This document shows positions 1 to 15,000 of a stretch of 64,000 bases of DNA, piece by piece. The stretch is from the human T2T-CHM13v2.0 reference genome, Homo sapiens: NCBI RefSeq assembly GCF_009914755.1, contig NC_060944.1, one strand, 5' to 3'. The notes beneath the pieces are model-generated. The model saw nothing but the letters and a program-made list of their open reading frames with translations. It did not search any database and was not told the origin of the DNA. The translations under genes were made by a program, and so were the position numbers. How positions within the stretch are numbered: the stretch's first letter is position 1; the number at the start of each line of letters is the position of its first letter.

Positions 1-3000
1 GGAATGAACAAAAGTGGAATGGAAGGGAATGGAATAGAATGGAATGGAATGGAATGGAAAGCAATGGAGTCAACCCAAATGGAATCGAATGGAATGGAAT
101 GCAATGGAATGGAATGGAATGGAATGGAATGGAAAGGAATGGAATCAAACCGAGTGGAGTGGAATGGAATTGAATGGAATGGAATGGAATAAATTGGAAT
201 GGAAAGGAATGGAATGGAATGGAATGGAATGGAATCAACCACAGTGGAATGCAATTGAATGGAATGGAATGGAATGGAATACAATGGAATGGAATAAACC
301 CGAGTGGAATGGAATTGAAGGGAATGGAATGGAATGGAATGATCCCGAGTGGAATGGAATGGGATGGAATTCAATGGAATTAACCCAAGTGAAATGCAAT
401 GGAAAGGAACGGAATGGAATTTAATGGAATGGAATGGAAAGGAATGCACTGGAATCAACTTGAGTGGAATGGAATGAAATGGAAAGCAATGGAATTGAAT
501 GGAATCAACCAGAGTTGAATGGAATTGAATGGAATGGAATGGAAGGGAATCAACCCAAATGGAATGCAATGGAATTGAATTCAATGGAATTACCCCGAGT
601 GAAACGGCATGGAAAGGAACGGAATAGAATTTAATGGAATGGAATGCAATGGAATGGAATCAACCCGGGTGGAATGGAACGGAATGGAGTGGAATGGAAT
701 GTAATGGAATGGAACCAATAAGAGTGGAATGGATTGGAATGGAATAGAATGGAATGAAAGGGAATGGAATCAACCCGAGTGGAATGGAATGCAATGGAAT
801 GGAGTGGAATGGAATACACCAGAGTGGAATGGAATAGAATGGAATGAAATGGAGTGGAATCAACCCCAGTGGAATGGAATGGAATGGAATGGAATGGAAT
901 GGAATGGAATGGAATGGAATGGAATGGAATGCAATGGAATGGAATAGAGTGCAACAGAATGGAATGGAATGGTATTGAATGGAATGAATTGGAATGCACT
1001 GGAATGGAATCCAATGGAATCTACTGGAATGTAAGGGAATGGAATGGAATGGAATCAATTAGATTCGAATGGAATGCAATGAAATGGAATGCAATGGAAT
1101 GGAAAGGAATGGAATCAACCCGTGTGGAATGTAATGCAAAGGAATGGAATAGAATAGAATGGAATCAACAAAAGTGGAATGCAAGGGAATGGAATGGAAT
1201 GGAATGGAATGCAACGGAGTGAACCCAAATGTAATCGAATGGAATAGAATGAATGGAAGGGAACGAAATGGAATAGAATGGCATGGAATGGAATGGAATG
1301 GAATGGAATGGAATGGAATGGAATTCAAACGAGTGGAGTGGAATGGAATTGAATGGAATGCAATGGAAGATATTGCAATGGAATGGAATGGAAGGCAATG
1401 GAATGGAATGGAATCAACCAGAATAGAATGGAATGGAATGGAATGGAATGCAATGGAATGGAATGGAATGGAATGGAATGGAATGGAATGGAATGGAACC
1501 CGAGTGGATTGTAATGGAATGGAATGGAATGGAATGGAATCAACCCTAGTGGAATGGAAAGGATTGAAATGCAATGGAGTGGAATCAACCCAAGGGGAAT
1601 GGAATGGAATGGAATGGAATGGAATGGAATGGAATGGAATGGAATGGAATCAACCCGAGTGGAATGGAACGGATTGGAATGGAATGGAGTGGAATCAACC
1701 CAAGGGGAATGGAATGGAATGGAATGGAATGGAATGGAATGGAATAAAATGGAATGGAATGAAATCAACCCGAGCGGTATAGAATGGAATGTAATGGGAT
1801 GGAATTGATTGGAATGGAGTGGATTGGAATCTATCCGAGTGGAATGAAAAGGAATGGAATGCAATGGAATGGAATCAAATGCAATGGAATGGAATGGATT
1901 GGAATGGAATGTAATGAAAACGAGTGTAATGGAATGGATTCGAATGGAATGGAATGGAATGGAATGAAACCGAGTGGAAGGGAATGGAACGGAATGGAAT
2001 GGAATGGACTGGGATGGAATGGAATCAAACCGAATGAAATGCAATGCAATTGAATTGAATGGAATGGAGTGAAATGGAATGGAATTGATTTGAATGGAAT
2101 GGAATCAACTGGAATGGAATGGAATGGAATGGAATGGAATGGAATGGAATCAACTAGAATGGAAGGGAATGGAATGGAATGGAATGCAATGGAATGGAAT
2201 GGAATGGAATGGTATCAACCCGTGTGGAATGTAATGCAAAGGAATGGAATGCAATGGAATGGAATCAACAAAAGTGTAATGGAAGGGATTGGAATAGAAT
2301 GGAATGGAATGGAATGGAAAGCAATGCAGTCAACATGAAAGGAATCGAACGGAAGGGAATGCAATGGAATGGAATGGAATGGAATGGAATGGAATGGGAT
2401 GGAATGAAAACAAACTGAGTGAAGTGGAATGGAATTGAATGGAATGGAATGGAATGGAATAAATTGGAATGGAAAGGAATGGAATGGAATGGAATAAACA
2501 AGAGTGGAATGGAATTGAATGGAATGGAATGGAATGGAATCAACCCGAGTGGAATCCAATTGAATGACATGCAAGGGAATGGAATCAACCCGAGAGGAAT
2601 GGAATGGAATGGAATTGAATGGAATTATCCTGAGTGAAATCGAATGGAATGGAATGGAATGGAATTTATTGGAATGGAATGGAATGGAATGGAAAGGAAT
2701 GGAATGGAAAGGAATGGAATGGAATGGAATGGAGTGGAATCAAAACGAGTGGAAAGAAATGGTATGGAATGAAATGGAATGGCATGGATTTCTATGCAAT
2801 GGAATGCAATGTAATGGAAAGAAAAGGTATGCAATGGAATCAAAACGTGTGGAATGGAACGGAATGGAAAGGAATGGAGTGGAATACAATAGAATCAACC
2901 CGAGTGGAATGGAATGGAAAGGAATTGAATGGAATGGAAAGGAATGGGATGGAATTCAATCCAGTGTAAAGGAATGGAACGGAATGGAATGGAATGGAAT

Positions 3001-6000
3001 GGAATGGAATGGAATGGAATGGAATAAATTCGAATGGAATGGAATGCAATGAAAAGTAATATAATGGACATGAATGGAATCAACCCGAGAGGAATGGAAA
3101 GGAATGGAATGGAATGGAATGGAATGGAATCAAATGGAATGGAATGGAATCGAATGGAATCAACCCGAGTGGAATGGAATGGAATGGAAAGCAATGGAAT
3201 GGAATGGAATCAACCTGAGTGTAATGCAATGGTATGGAATGGAATGGAATGGAATGAAATGGATTGGAATCAACCCGCGTGCCATGTAGTGGATTCGAAT
3301 GGAATGGAATCAACCAGTAAGAATGGAATGGAATGGAATGGAATGGAATGGAATGGAATGGAATGGAACGGTGAGGAATGGAATGGGATGGAATGGAATG
3401 AACCCTAGTGGAATGGAATGGAATGGAATGGAATGCAACAGAATGGAACGGAATCTTCCCGAGTGGAATGGAACGGAATCGAATGGAATCAACCTGAGTG
3501 GAATGGAATGGAATGCAATGAAATGGTATGGAATGGTTGGAATGGAAAGGAATGGAATCAAAACGAGTGGAATTTAATGGAATGGAAACGAATGGAATAG
3601 AATGGAATGGAAACAACCCCAGTGGAATGGAATGGAATGGAATGCAAAGGAATGGTATGGAAGGCAATGGAATGGAATAGAATGGAATCACAACGAGTGG
3701 AATGCAATGGAATGGAATGGAATAGATTGGAATGAAACCGATTGGAATGGAAGGCAATGGAATGGAATGCAATGCAATGGAATGGAATGAAATGAAATGG
3801 AATGGAATGGAATGCAATAGCATGGAATGGAATGGAAAGGAATGGAACGGAATGGAATGCAATGGAATGGAATAGAGTGCAATAGAATGGAATGGAATGG
3901 TATTGAATGGAATGAATTGCAATGCATTGGAATGGAATGGATTGGAATCTACTGCAATGGAATGGAAAGGAATGGAATGGAATGGACCAATTTGATTGGA
4001 ATGGAATGGAATGAAATGGAATGCAATGGAATGGAAAGGAATGGAATCAACCCGTGTGGAATGTAATGCAAAGGAATGGAATAGAATAGAATGGAATCAA
4101 CAAAAGTGGAATGGAAGGGAATGGAATAGAATGGAATGGAATGGAATGGAATGTAACGGAGTCAATCCAAATGGAATCGAATGGAATGGAATGCAATGGA
4201 AGGGAACGAAATGGAATGGAATGGCATGGAATGGAATGGAATGGAATGGGATGGACTGGAATTAAACAGAGTGGAGTGGAATGGATTTGAATGGAATGGA
4301 ATGGAATAAATTGCAATGGAATGGAATGGAAGGCAAAGGAATGGAATCAACCCGTGTGGAATGGAATGGAATGGAATGGAATGGAATAAATTGGAATGGA
4401 AAGGAATGGAATGGAATGGAATCAACCAGAGTGGAATGGAATTGAATGGAATGGAATGGAATGGAATCAACCCGAGTGGAATGGAATTGAATGGAATGCA
4501 ATGGAATGGAATCCACCCGAGAGGAATGTAATGGAAAGGAATGGAATGGATTGGAATCAACCCGAGTCGAATGGAATGGTATGGAATGAGATGGAATGGA
4601 ATGGTATGGAATGGTATGGAATGGAATGGAATGGAATGGAATGGAATGGAATGGAATGGAATGGAATCAAAACGAGTGGAATGGAATGGAATGGAAAGGA
4701 ATGGAATGGAAATCAATACGATCAACGCGAGTGGAATGGAATGGAAAGGAATTTAATGGAATGGAATGGAAAGGAATGGAATGGAATGGAATCCAATCCA
4801 GTGTAAAGGAATGGAATGGAATAAATACGAGTGGAATGGAATGGAATGCAATGTAATATGATGGAAAGGAATTGAATTCACCCGAATGGTATGGAAAGGA
4901 ATGGAATGGAATGGAATGGAATGGATTGTAATGGAATCAACCCGAGTGGAATGGAAAGGAATGGAATGGAATGGAATCGAATGGAATGGAATGGAAAGGA
5001 ATGAAATCAACCCGAGTGGAATGGAATTTAGTGGAATGCAATGGAATGGAATGGAATCAACCCGAGTGGAATGCAATAGAATGGAATGGAGTGGAATGGA
5101 ATGAAATGGATTGGAATCAACAATGCGTGGAATGTAGTGGATTCGAATAGAATGGAATGAACCCGAGAGGAATGGAATGGAATGGAATGGAATGGAATGG
5201 AATGGAATGGAATAGAGGGGAATGGAATGGGAAGGAATGGAATTAACGCTAGTGGAATGGAATGGAATGGAATGGAATGGAATGGAATCAACCTGAGTGG
5301 AATGGAATGGAATGCAATGAAATGGAATGGAATGGTTGGAATGGAATGGAATGGACTCAAAACGAGTGGAATGGAATGGAATGGAAATGAAAGGAATAGA
5401 ATGGAATGGAAACAACTCGAGTGGAATGGAGTGGAATGCAATGGAATGGTATGGAATGGAATGGAATGGAATGGAATAGAATGTAATAGAATGGATGCAA
5501 AACGAGTGGAATGGAATGTAATGGAATGGGATAGATTGGAAACAAACCGAGTGGAATGGAATGCAATGGAATGGAATGGAATAAATTGCAATGGAATGGA
5601 ATGGAATGCAATGGAATGGAATCAACCCGTGTGGAATGGAATGGAATGGAATGGAATGGAATGGAATGGAATGGAAAGCAATGCAATGGAATGGAATCAA
5701 CCAGAATGGAATGGAATGGAATGGAATGGAATGGAATGGAATGGAATGGAATCAACCCGAGTGGAATGCAATGGAATGGAAAGGAATGGAATGGAATAAA
5801 CCCGAGTGAAATGCAATGGAAAGTTACGGAATGGATGGAAAGGAATAGAATTGAAGGGAATGGAATGGAATGGAATCAACCAGAATGAACTGGAATTGAA
5901 AGGAACGGAATGGAAATTAATGGAATGGAATGGAATGTAATCAACCCGAGTTGAATGGAATGGAATGGAATGCAATGGAAACAACCTGAGTGGAATCGAA

Positions 6001-9000
6001 AGGATTGGAATGGAATGGAGTGGAATCAACCCAAGGAGAATGGAATGGAATGGAATGGAAAGGAATGGAATGGAATGGAATGGAATGGAATGGAATGGAA
6101 TGGAATGGAATCAACCCCATTGGAATGGAAAGGATTGGAATGGAACGGAGTGGAATCAACCCAACGGGAATGGAATGGAGTGGAATGAAATGGAATGGAA
6201 TGGAATAGAATGGAATGGAATGGAATGGAATGAAATGGAATGGAATGGAATGGAATGGAATGGAATGGAATGAAATCAACCCGAGCGGTACGGAATGTTA
6301 TGTAATGGGATGGAATTGATTGGAATGGAGTGGATTGGAATCTATCTGAGTGGAATGGAAAGGAATGCATTGGAATGGAATGGAATAAACCCGATTAGAA
6401 TGCAATGGACAGGAATGGAATCGAATAGAATGGAATGGCATTGAATGGGAACAAGAGTGGAATGGAATGAAATGGAATGGATTGGAATGGAATGGAATCC
6501 ACCCTAGAGGAATGTAATGGAAAGGAATGGAATGGAGTGGAATCAAACCGAGTCGAATGGAATGGTATGGAATGAAATGAAATAGAATGGAATTGAATGG
6601 AATGGAGTGGAATGGATAGGGATGGTATGGAATTAAACCGAGTGGAGTAGAATGGAATTCAATGGAATGGAATGGAATAAATTGCACTGGAATTGAATGG
6701 AATGCAATGGAATGGAATCAACCCGTGTGGAATGGAATGGAATGGAATGGAATGGAATGGAATGGAATGGAATGGAATGGAAAGCAATGCAATGGAATGG
6801 AATCAACCAGAATGCAATGGAATGGAATGAAATGGAATGGAAAGGAATCGAATGGAATCACCCCGAGTGGAATGCAATGGAATTGAAAGGAATGGAATAG
6901 AATAAATCCGAGTGAAATGCAATGGAAAGTTATGGAACGGATGGAATGGAATGGAAGGGAATGGAATGGAATGGAATGGAATCAACCAGAGTGAAATGGA
7001 ATTGAAAGGAACTTAATGGAATTTAATGGAATGGAATGGAATGGAATCAACCCGAGTTGAATGGAATGGAATGGAATGCAATGGAATAAAACCGAGTGGA
7101 ATGGAAAGGATTGGAATGGAATGGAGTGTAATCAACCCAAGGAGAATGGAATGGAATGGAATGGAATGCAATGGAATGGAATGGAATGGAATGGAATGGA
7201 ATGGAATGGAATGGAATGGAATGGAATGGAATGGACTGGAATGGAATGGAATGGAATGGAAGGGAATGGAGTGGAATGTAATGGGATGGAATGGAATGAA
7301 CCCTAGTGGAATGGAATCGAATGGAATGGAATGGAATGGAATGGAATGGAATGCAATGGAATGGAATGCAATGGAATGGATCCGAATCAACCCGAGTGGA
7401 ATGGAATGGAATGGAATAGAATCAACCTGAGTGGAATGGAAGGGAGTGCAATGAAGTGGTATGGAATGGTTGCAATGGAATGGAATGGATTCAAAACGAG
7501 TGGAATGGAATGGAATGGAAATGAATGGAATGGAATGGAATGGAAACAACCCGAGTGGAATGGAATGGAATGCAATAGAATGGTATGGAATGGAATGGAA
7601 TAAAATGGAATCAAAACGAGTGGAATGGAATGGAATGGAATGGAATGGATTGGAAACAAACCGAGTGGAATGGAATGCAATGGAATGGAATGGAATGGAA
7701 TCCAAAGGCATGGAATGGAATGGAATGGAATGGCATGGAATGGAATGGAATGGAATGGAATGGAATGGAATGGATTGGAATGCGTTGGAATGGAATCGAA
7801 TGGAATCAACTGGAATGGAAGGGAATGGAATGGAATGGAATCAGTTACATTGGAATGGCATGGAATTGAATGGAATGCAATGGAATGTAATGGAATGTAA
7901 TCAACCCGTGTGGAATGTAATGCAAAGAAATGGAATCGAATGGAATGGAATCAACCAAAGTGGAATGGAAGGGAATGGAATAGAATGGAAGGGAATGGAA
8001 TGGTATGCAATGGAGTCAACCCAAATGGAATGGAATGGAATGCAATGCAATGGAATGGAATGAAATGGAATGGAATGGAATGGAATGAGATGGGATGGAA
8101 TGGAATTAAACCGAGTGGAGTGGAATGGAATTGAATGGAATGGAATGGAATAAATTGGAATGGAATGGAATGCAATGCCATGGAACGGAATCAACCCGTG
8201 TGGAATGGAATGGAATGGAATGGAATGGCATGGCATGGCATGGAAAGCAATTGAATGGAATGGAATCCACCAGAGTGGAATGGAGTTGAATGGCATGGAG
8301 TCAACCCGAGTGGAATGGAATGGAATGGAATGGAATCAACCCGAGTGAAATGGAATGGAAAGTTACGGAATGGAATGGAATGCAATGGAATGGAATGGAA
8401 TGGAATGGAATGGAATTAACCCGAGTAGAATGGCATGGAATGGAATGGAATGGAATGGAATGGAATGGAATGGAATGGAATGGAATGCATTTCAATGGAA
8501 TGGAATGGAATGCAGTCAACGCGAGTGGAATGGAATGGAATGGAATGGAAGAGAATGGAATGGAATGGAATCAACCCGAGTGGAATGGAATGGAGTGGAA
8601 TGGAATGGCATGGCACGGCATGGAAAGCAATTGAATGGAATGGAATCCACCAGAGTGGAATGGAGTTGAATGGCATGGAGTCAACCCGAGTGGAATGGAA
8701 TGGAATGGAATGGAATCAACCCAAGTGAAATGGAATGGAAAGTTACGGAATGGAATGGAATGCAATGGAATGGAATGGAATGGAATGGAATGGAATTAAC
8801 CCGAGTAGAATGGCATGGAATGGAATGGAATGGAATGGAATGGAATGGAATGGAATGGAATGCATTTCAATGGAATGGAATGGAATGCAGTCAACGCGAG
8901 TGGAATGGAATGGAATGGAATGGAAGAGAATGGAATGGAATGGAATCAACCCGAGTGGAATGGAATGGAGTGGAATGGAATGGAATGGCTAGGAACGGAA

Positions 9001-12000
9001 TGGAATGGAGTGGAATGGAATGGAGTGTAATAGAATGGAATTCAATGGATAGGTATGGAAGAGAATGGAGTGGAATGAAATGGCATGGAAGAGAATGGAA
9101 TGGAATGGAAAGGAATCAAGCCGAGTGGAATCCAAAGGAATGGAATGGAATTGAATGGAATGGAATGGAATTGACTAAACCCGATTGGAATGCAATGGAA
9201 TGGAACGGAATGAAATGGAATGGAAAGGAATGGAATGGAATCAAAGCGATGGTAAAGGAATGCAATGGAATGGAATGGAATGGAATCCACCCGAGTGAAA
9301 TGGAATGGAATGGAATGGAGTGGAATCAACCCAAGTGGAATGGAATCGAATTGAATGGAATGGAATGGAAAGGAAATTAATGGAATGGAATGGAATGGAA
9401 TGGAATCAAACCGAGTGGAATGGAATGGAATGGAAGGATTCGAATGGAAAGGAATGAAATGCAATGAAATCAAACCGAGTGTAATGGAATGGAAAGGAAT
9501 GCGATCGAATAAAATGGAATGGACTGGATTGGAATCAATCTGAGTGGAATGGAAAGGAATGGAATGGAACGGAAAGGAATGGAATTCAATGGAATGGAAT
9601 GGAATGGAATGGAATAGAATCAACGAGAGTGGAATGGAATGCAATGGATAGGAATGGAATGGGAAGGAATAGAATCAACTAGAATGGAAAGGAATGGAAT
9701 GCAATGGAATGCAGTGGAATTGGAATGGAATGGAATCAACCCATGTGGAATGTAATGCAAAGGAATGGAATGGAATGGAATGGAATGAACAAAAGTGGAA
9801 TGGAAGGGAATGGAATAGAATGGAATGGAATGGAATGGAAAGCAATGGAGTCAACCCAAATGGAATCGAATGGAATGGAATGCAATGGAATGGAATGGAA
9901 TGGAATGGAATGGAAAGGAATGGAATCAAACCGAGTGGAGTGGAATGGAATTGAATGGAATGGAATGGAATAAATTGGAATGGAAAGGAATGGAATGGAA
10001 TGGAATGGAATGGAATCAACCACAGTGGAATGCAATTGAATGGAATGGAATGGAATGGAATACAATGGAATGGAATAAACCCGAGTGGAATGGAATTGAA
10101 GGGAATGGAATGGAATGGAATGATCCCGAGTGGAATGGAATGGGATGGAATTCAATGGAATTAACCCAAGTGAAATGCAATGGAAAGGAACGGAATGGAA
10201 TTTAATGGAATGGAATGGAAAGGAATGCACTGGAATCAACTTGAGTGGAATGGAATGAAATGGAAAGCAATGGAATTGAATGGAATCAACCAGAGTTGAA
10301 TGGAATTGAATGGAATGGAATGGAAGGGAATCAACCCAAATGGAATGCAATGGAATTGAATTCAATGGAATTACCCCGAGTGAAACGGCATGGAAAGGAA
10401 CGGAATAGAATTTAATGGAATGGAATGCAATGGAATGGAATCAACCCGGGTGGAATGGAACGGAATGGAGTGGAATGGAATGTAATGGAATGGAACCAAT
10501 AAGAGTGGAATGGATTGGAATGGAATAGAATGGAATGAAAGGGAATGGAATCAACCCGAGTGGAATGGAATGCAATGGAATGGAGTGGAATGGAATACAC
10601 CAGAGTGGAATGGAATAGAATGGAATGAAATGGAGTGGAATCAACCCCAGTGGAATGGAATGGAATGGAATGGAATGGAATGGAATGGAATGGAATGGAA
10701 TGGAATGGAATGCAATGGAATGGAATAGAGTGCAACAGAATGGAATGGAATGGTATTGAATGGAATGAATTGGAATGCACTGGAATGGAATCCAATGGAA
10801 TCTACTGGAATGTAAGGGAATGGAATGGAATGGAATCAATTAGATTCGAATGGAATGCAATGAAATGGAATGCAATGGAATGGAAAGGAATGGAATCAAC
10901 CCGTGTGGAATGTAATGCAAAGGAATGGAATAGAATAGAATGGAATCAACAAAAGTGGAATGCAAGGGAATGGAATGGAATGGAATGGAATGCAACGGAG
11001 TGAACCCAAATGTAATCGAATGGAATAGAATGAATGGAAGGGAACGAAATGGAATAGAATGGCATGGAATGGAATGGAATGGAATGGAATGGAATTCAAA
11101 CGAGTGGAGTGGAATGGAATTGAATGGAATGCAATGGAAGATATTGCAATGGAATGGAATGGAAGGCAATGGAATGGAATGGAATCAACCAGAATAGAAT
11201 GGAATGGAATGGAATGGAATGCAATGGAATGGAATGGAATGGAATGGAATGGAATGGAATGGAACCCGAGTGGATTGTAATGGAATGGAATGGAATGGAA
11301 TGGAATCAACCCTAGTGGAATGGAAAGGATTGAAATGCAATGGAGTGGAATCAACCCAAGGGGAATGGAATGGAATGGAATGGAATGGAATGGAATGGAA
11401 TGGAATGGAATGGAATGGAATCAACCCGAGTGGAATGGAACGGATTGGAATGGAATGGAGTGGAATCAACCCAAGGGGAATGGAATGGAATGGAATGGAA
11501 TGGAATGGAATGGAATAAAATGGAATGGAATGAAATCAACCCGAGCGGTATAGAATGGAATGTAATGGGATGGAATTGATTGGAATGGAGTGGATTGGAA
11601 TCTATCCGAGTGGAATGAAAAGGAATGGAATGCAATGGAATGGAATCAAATGCAATGGAATGGAATGGATTGGAATGGAATGTAATGAAAACGAGTGTAA
11701 TGGAATGGATTCGAATGGAATGGAATGGAATGGAATGAAACCGAGTGGAAGGGAATGGAACGGAATGGAATGGAATGGACTGGGATGGAATGGAATCAAA
11801 CCGAATGAAATGCAATGCAATTGAATTGAATGGAATGGAGTGAAATGGAATGGAATTGATTTGAATGGAATGGAATCAACTGGAATGGAATGGAATGGAA
11901 TGGAATGGAATGGAATGGAATGGAATCAACTAGAATGGAAGGGAATGGAATGGAATGGAATGCAATGGAATGGAATGGAATGGAATGGTATCAACCCGTG

Positions 12001-15000
12001 TGGAATGTAATGCAAAGGAATGGAATGCAATGGAATGGAATCAACAAAAGTGTAATGGAAGGGATTGGAATAGAATGGAATGGAATGGAATGGAAAGCAA
12101 TGCAGTCAACATGAAAGGAATCGAACGGAAGGGAATGCAATGGAATGGAATGGAATGGAATGGAATGGAATGGGATGGAATGAAAACAAACTGAGTGAAG
12201 TGGAATGGAATTGAATGGAATGGAATGGAATGGAATAAATTGGAATGGAAAGGAATGGAATGGAATGGAATAAACAAGAGTGGAATGGAATTGAATGGAA
12301 TGGAATGGAATGGAATCAACCCGAGTGGAATCCAATTGAATGACATGCAAGGGAATGGAATCAACCCGAGAGGAATGGAATGGAATGGAATTGAATGGAA
12401 TTATCCTGAGTGAAATCGAATGGAATGGAATGGAATTTATTGGAATGGAATGGAATGGAATGGAAAGGAATGGAATGGAAAGGAATGGAATGGAATGGAA
12501 TGGAGTGGAATCAAAACGAGTGGAAAGAAATGGTATGGAATGAAATGGAATGGCATGGAATTCTATGCAATGGAATGCAATGTAATGGAAAGAAAAGGTA
12601 TGCAATGGAATCAAAACGTGTGGAATGGAACGGAATGGAAAGGAATGGAGTGGAATACAATAGAATCAACCCGAGTGGAATGGAATGGAAAGGAATTGAA
12701 TGGAATGGAAAGGAATGGGATGGAATTCAATCCAGTGTAAAGGAATGGAACGGAATGGAATGGAATGGAATGGAATGGAATGGAATGGAATAAATTCGAA
12801 TGGAATGGAATGCAATGAAAAGTAATATAATGGACATGAATGGAATCAACCCGAGAGGAATGGAAAGGAATGGAATGGAATGGAATGGAATGGAATCAAA
12901 TGGAATGGAATGGAATCGAATGGAATCAACCCGAGTGGAATGGAATGGAATGGAAAGCAATGGAATGGAATGGAATCAACCTGAGTGTAATGCAATGGTA
13001 TGGAATGGAATGGAATGAAATGGATTGGAATCAACCCGCGTGCCATGTAGTGGATTCGAATGGAATGGAATCAACCAGTAAGAATGGAATGGAATGGAAT
13101 GGAATGGAATGGAATGGAATGGAATGGAACGGTGAGGAATGGAATGGGATGGAATGGAATGAACCCTAGTGGAATGGAATGGAATGGAATGGAATGCAAC
13201 AGAATGGAACGGAATCTTCCCGAGTGGAATGGAACGGAATCGAATGGAATCAACCTGAGTGGAATGGAATGGAATGCAATGAAATGGTATGGAATGGTTG
13301 GAATGGAAAGGAATGGAATCAAAACGAGTGGAATTTAATGGAATGGAAACGAATGGAATAGAATGGAATGGAAACAACCCCAGTGGAATGGAATGGAATG
13401 GAATGCAAAGGAATGGTATGGAAGGCAATGGAATGGAATAGAATGGAATCACAACGAGTGGAATGCAATGGAATGGAATGGAATAGATTGGAATGAAACC
13501 GATTGGAATGGAAGGCAATGGAATGGAATGGAATGGAATGGAATGCAATGGAATGGAATGAAATGAAATGGAATGTAATGGAATGCAATAGCATGGAATG
13601 GAATGGAAAGGAATGGAACGGAATGGAATGCAATGGAATGGAATAGAGTGCAATAGAATGGAATGGAATGGTATTGAATGGAATGAATTGCAATGCATTG
13701 GAATGGAATGGATTGGAATCTACTGCAATGGAATGGAAAGGAATGGAATGGAATGGACCAATTTGATTGGAATGGAATGGAATGAAATGGAATGCAATGG
13801 AATGGAAAGGAATGGAATCAACCCGTGTGGAATGTAATGCAAAGGAATGGAATAGAATAGAATGGAATCAACAAAAGTGGAATGGAAGGGAATGGAACAG
13901 AATGGAATGGAATGGAATGGAATGTAACGGAGTCAATCCAAATGGAATCGAATGGAATGGAATGCAATGGAAGGGAACGAAATGGAATGGAATGGCATGG
14001 AATGGAATGGAATGGAATGGGATGGACTGGAATTAAACAGAGTGGAGTGGAATGGATTTGAATGGAATGGAATGGAATAAATTGCAATGGAATGGAATGG
14101 AAGGCAAAGGAATGGAATCAACCCGTGTGGAATGGAATGGAATGGAATGGAATGGAATAAATTGGAATGGAAAGGAATGGAATGGAATGGAATCAACCAG
14201 AGTGGAATGGAATTGAATGGAATGGAATGGAATGGAATCAACCCGAGTGGAATGGAATTGAATGGAATGCAATGGAATGGAATCCACCCGAGAGGAATGT
14301 AATGGAAAGGAATGGAATGGATTGGAATCAACCCGAGTCGAATGGAATGGTATGGAATGAGATGGAATGGAATGGTATGGAATGGAATGGAATGGAATGG
14401 AATGGAATGGAATGGAATGGAATGGAATGGAATCAAAACGAGTGGAATGGAATGGAATGGAAAGGAATGGAATGGAAATCAATACGATCAACGCGAGTGG
14501 AATGGAATGTAAAGGAATTTAATGGAATGGAATGGAAAGGAATGGAATGGAATGGAATCCAATCCAGTGTAAAGGAATGGAATGGAATAAATACGAGTGG
14601 AATGGAATGGAATGCAATGTAATATGATGGAAAGGAATTGAATTCACCCGAATGGTATGGAAAGGAATGGAATGGAATGGAATGGAATGGATTGTAATGG
14701 AATCAACCCGAGTGGAATGGAAAGGAATGGAATGGAATGGAATCGAATGGAATGGAATGGAAAGGAATGAAATCAACCCGAGTGGAATGGAATTTAGTGG
14801 AATGCAATGGAATGGAATGGAATCAACCCGAGTGGAATGCAATAGAATGGAATGGAGTGGAATGGAATGAAATGGATTGGAATCAACAATGCGTGGAATG
14901 TAGTGGATTCGAATAGAATGGAATGAACCCGAGAGGAATGGAATGGAATGGAATGGAATGGAATGGAATGGAATAGAGGGGAATGGAATGGGAAGGAATG

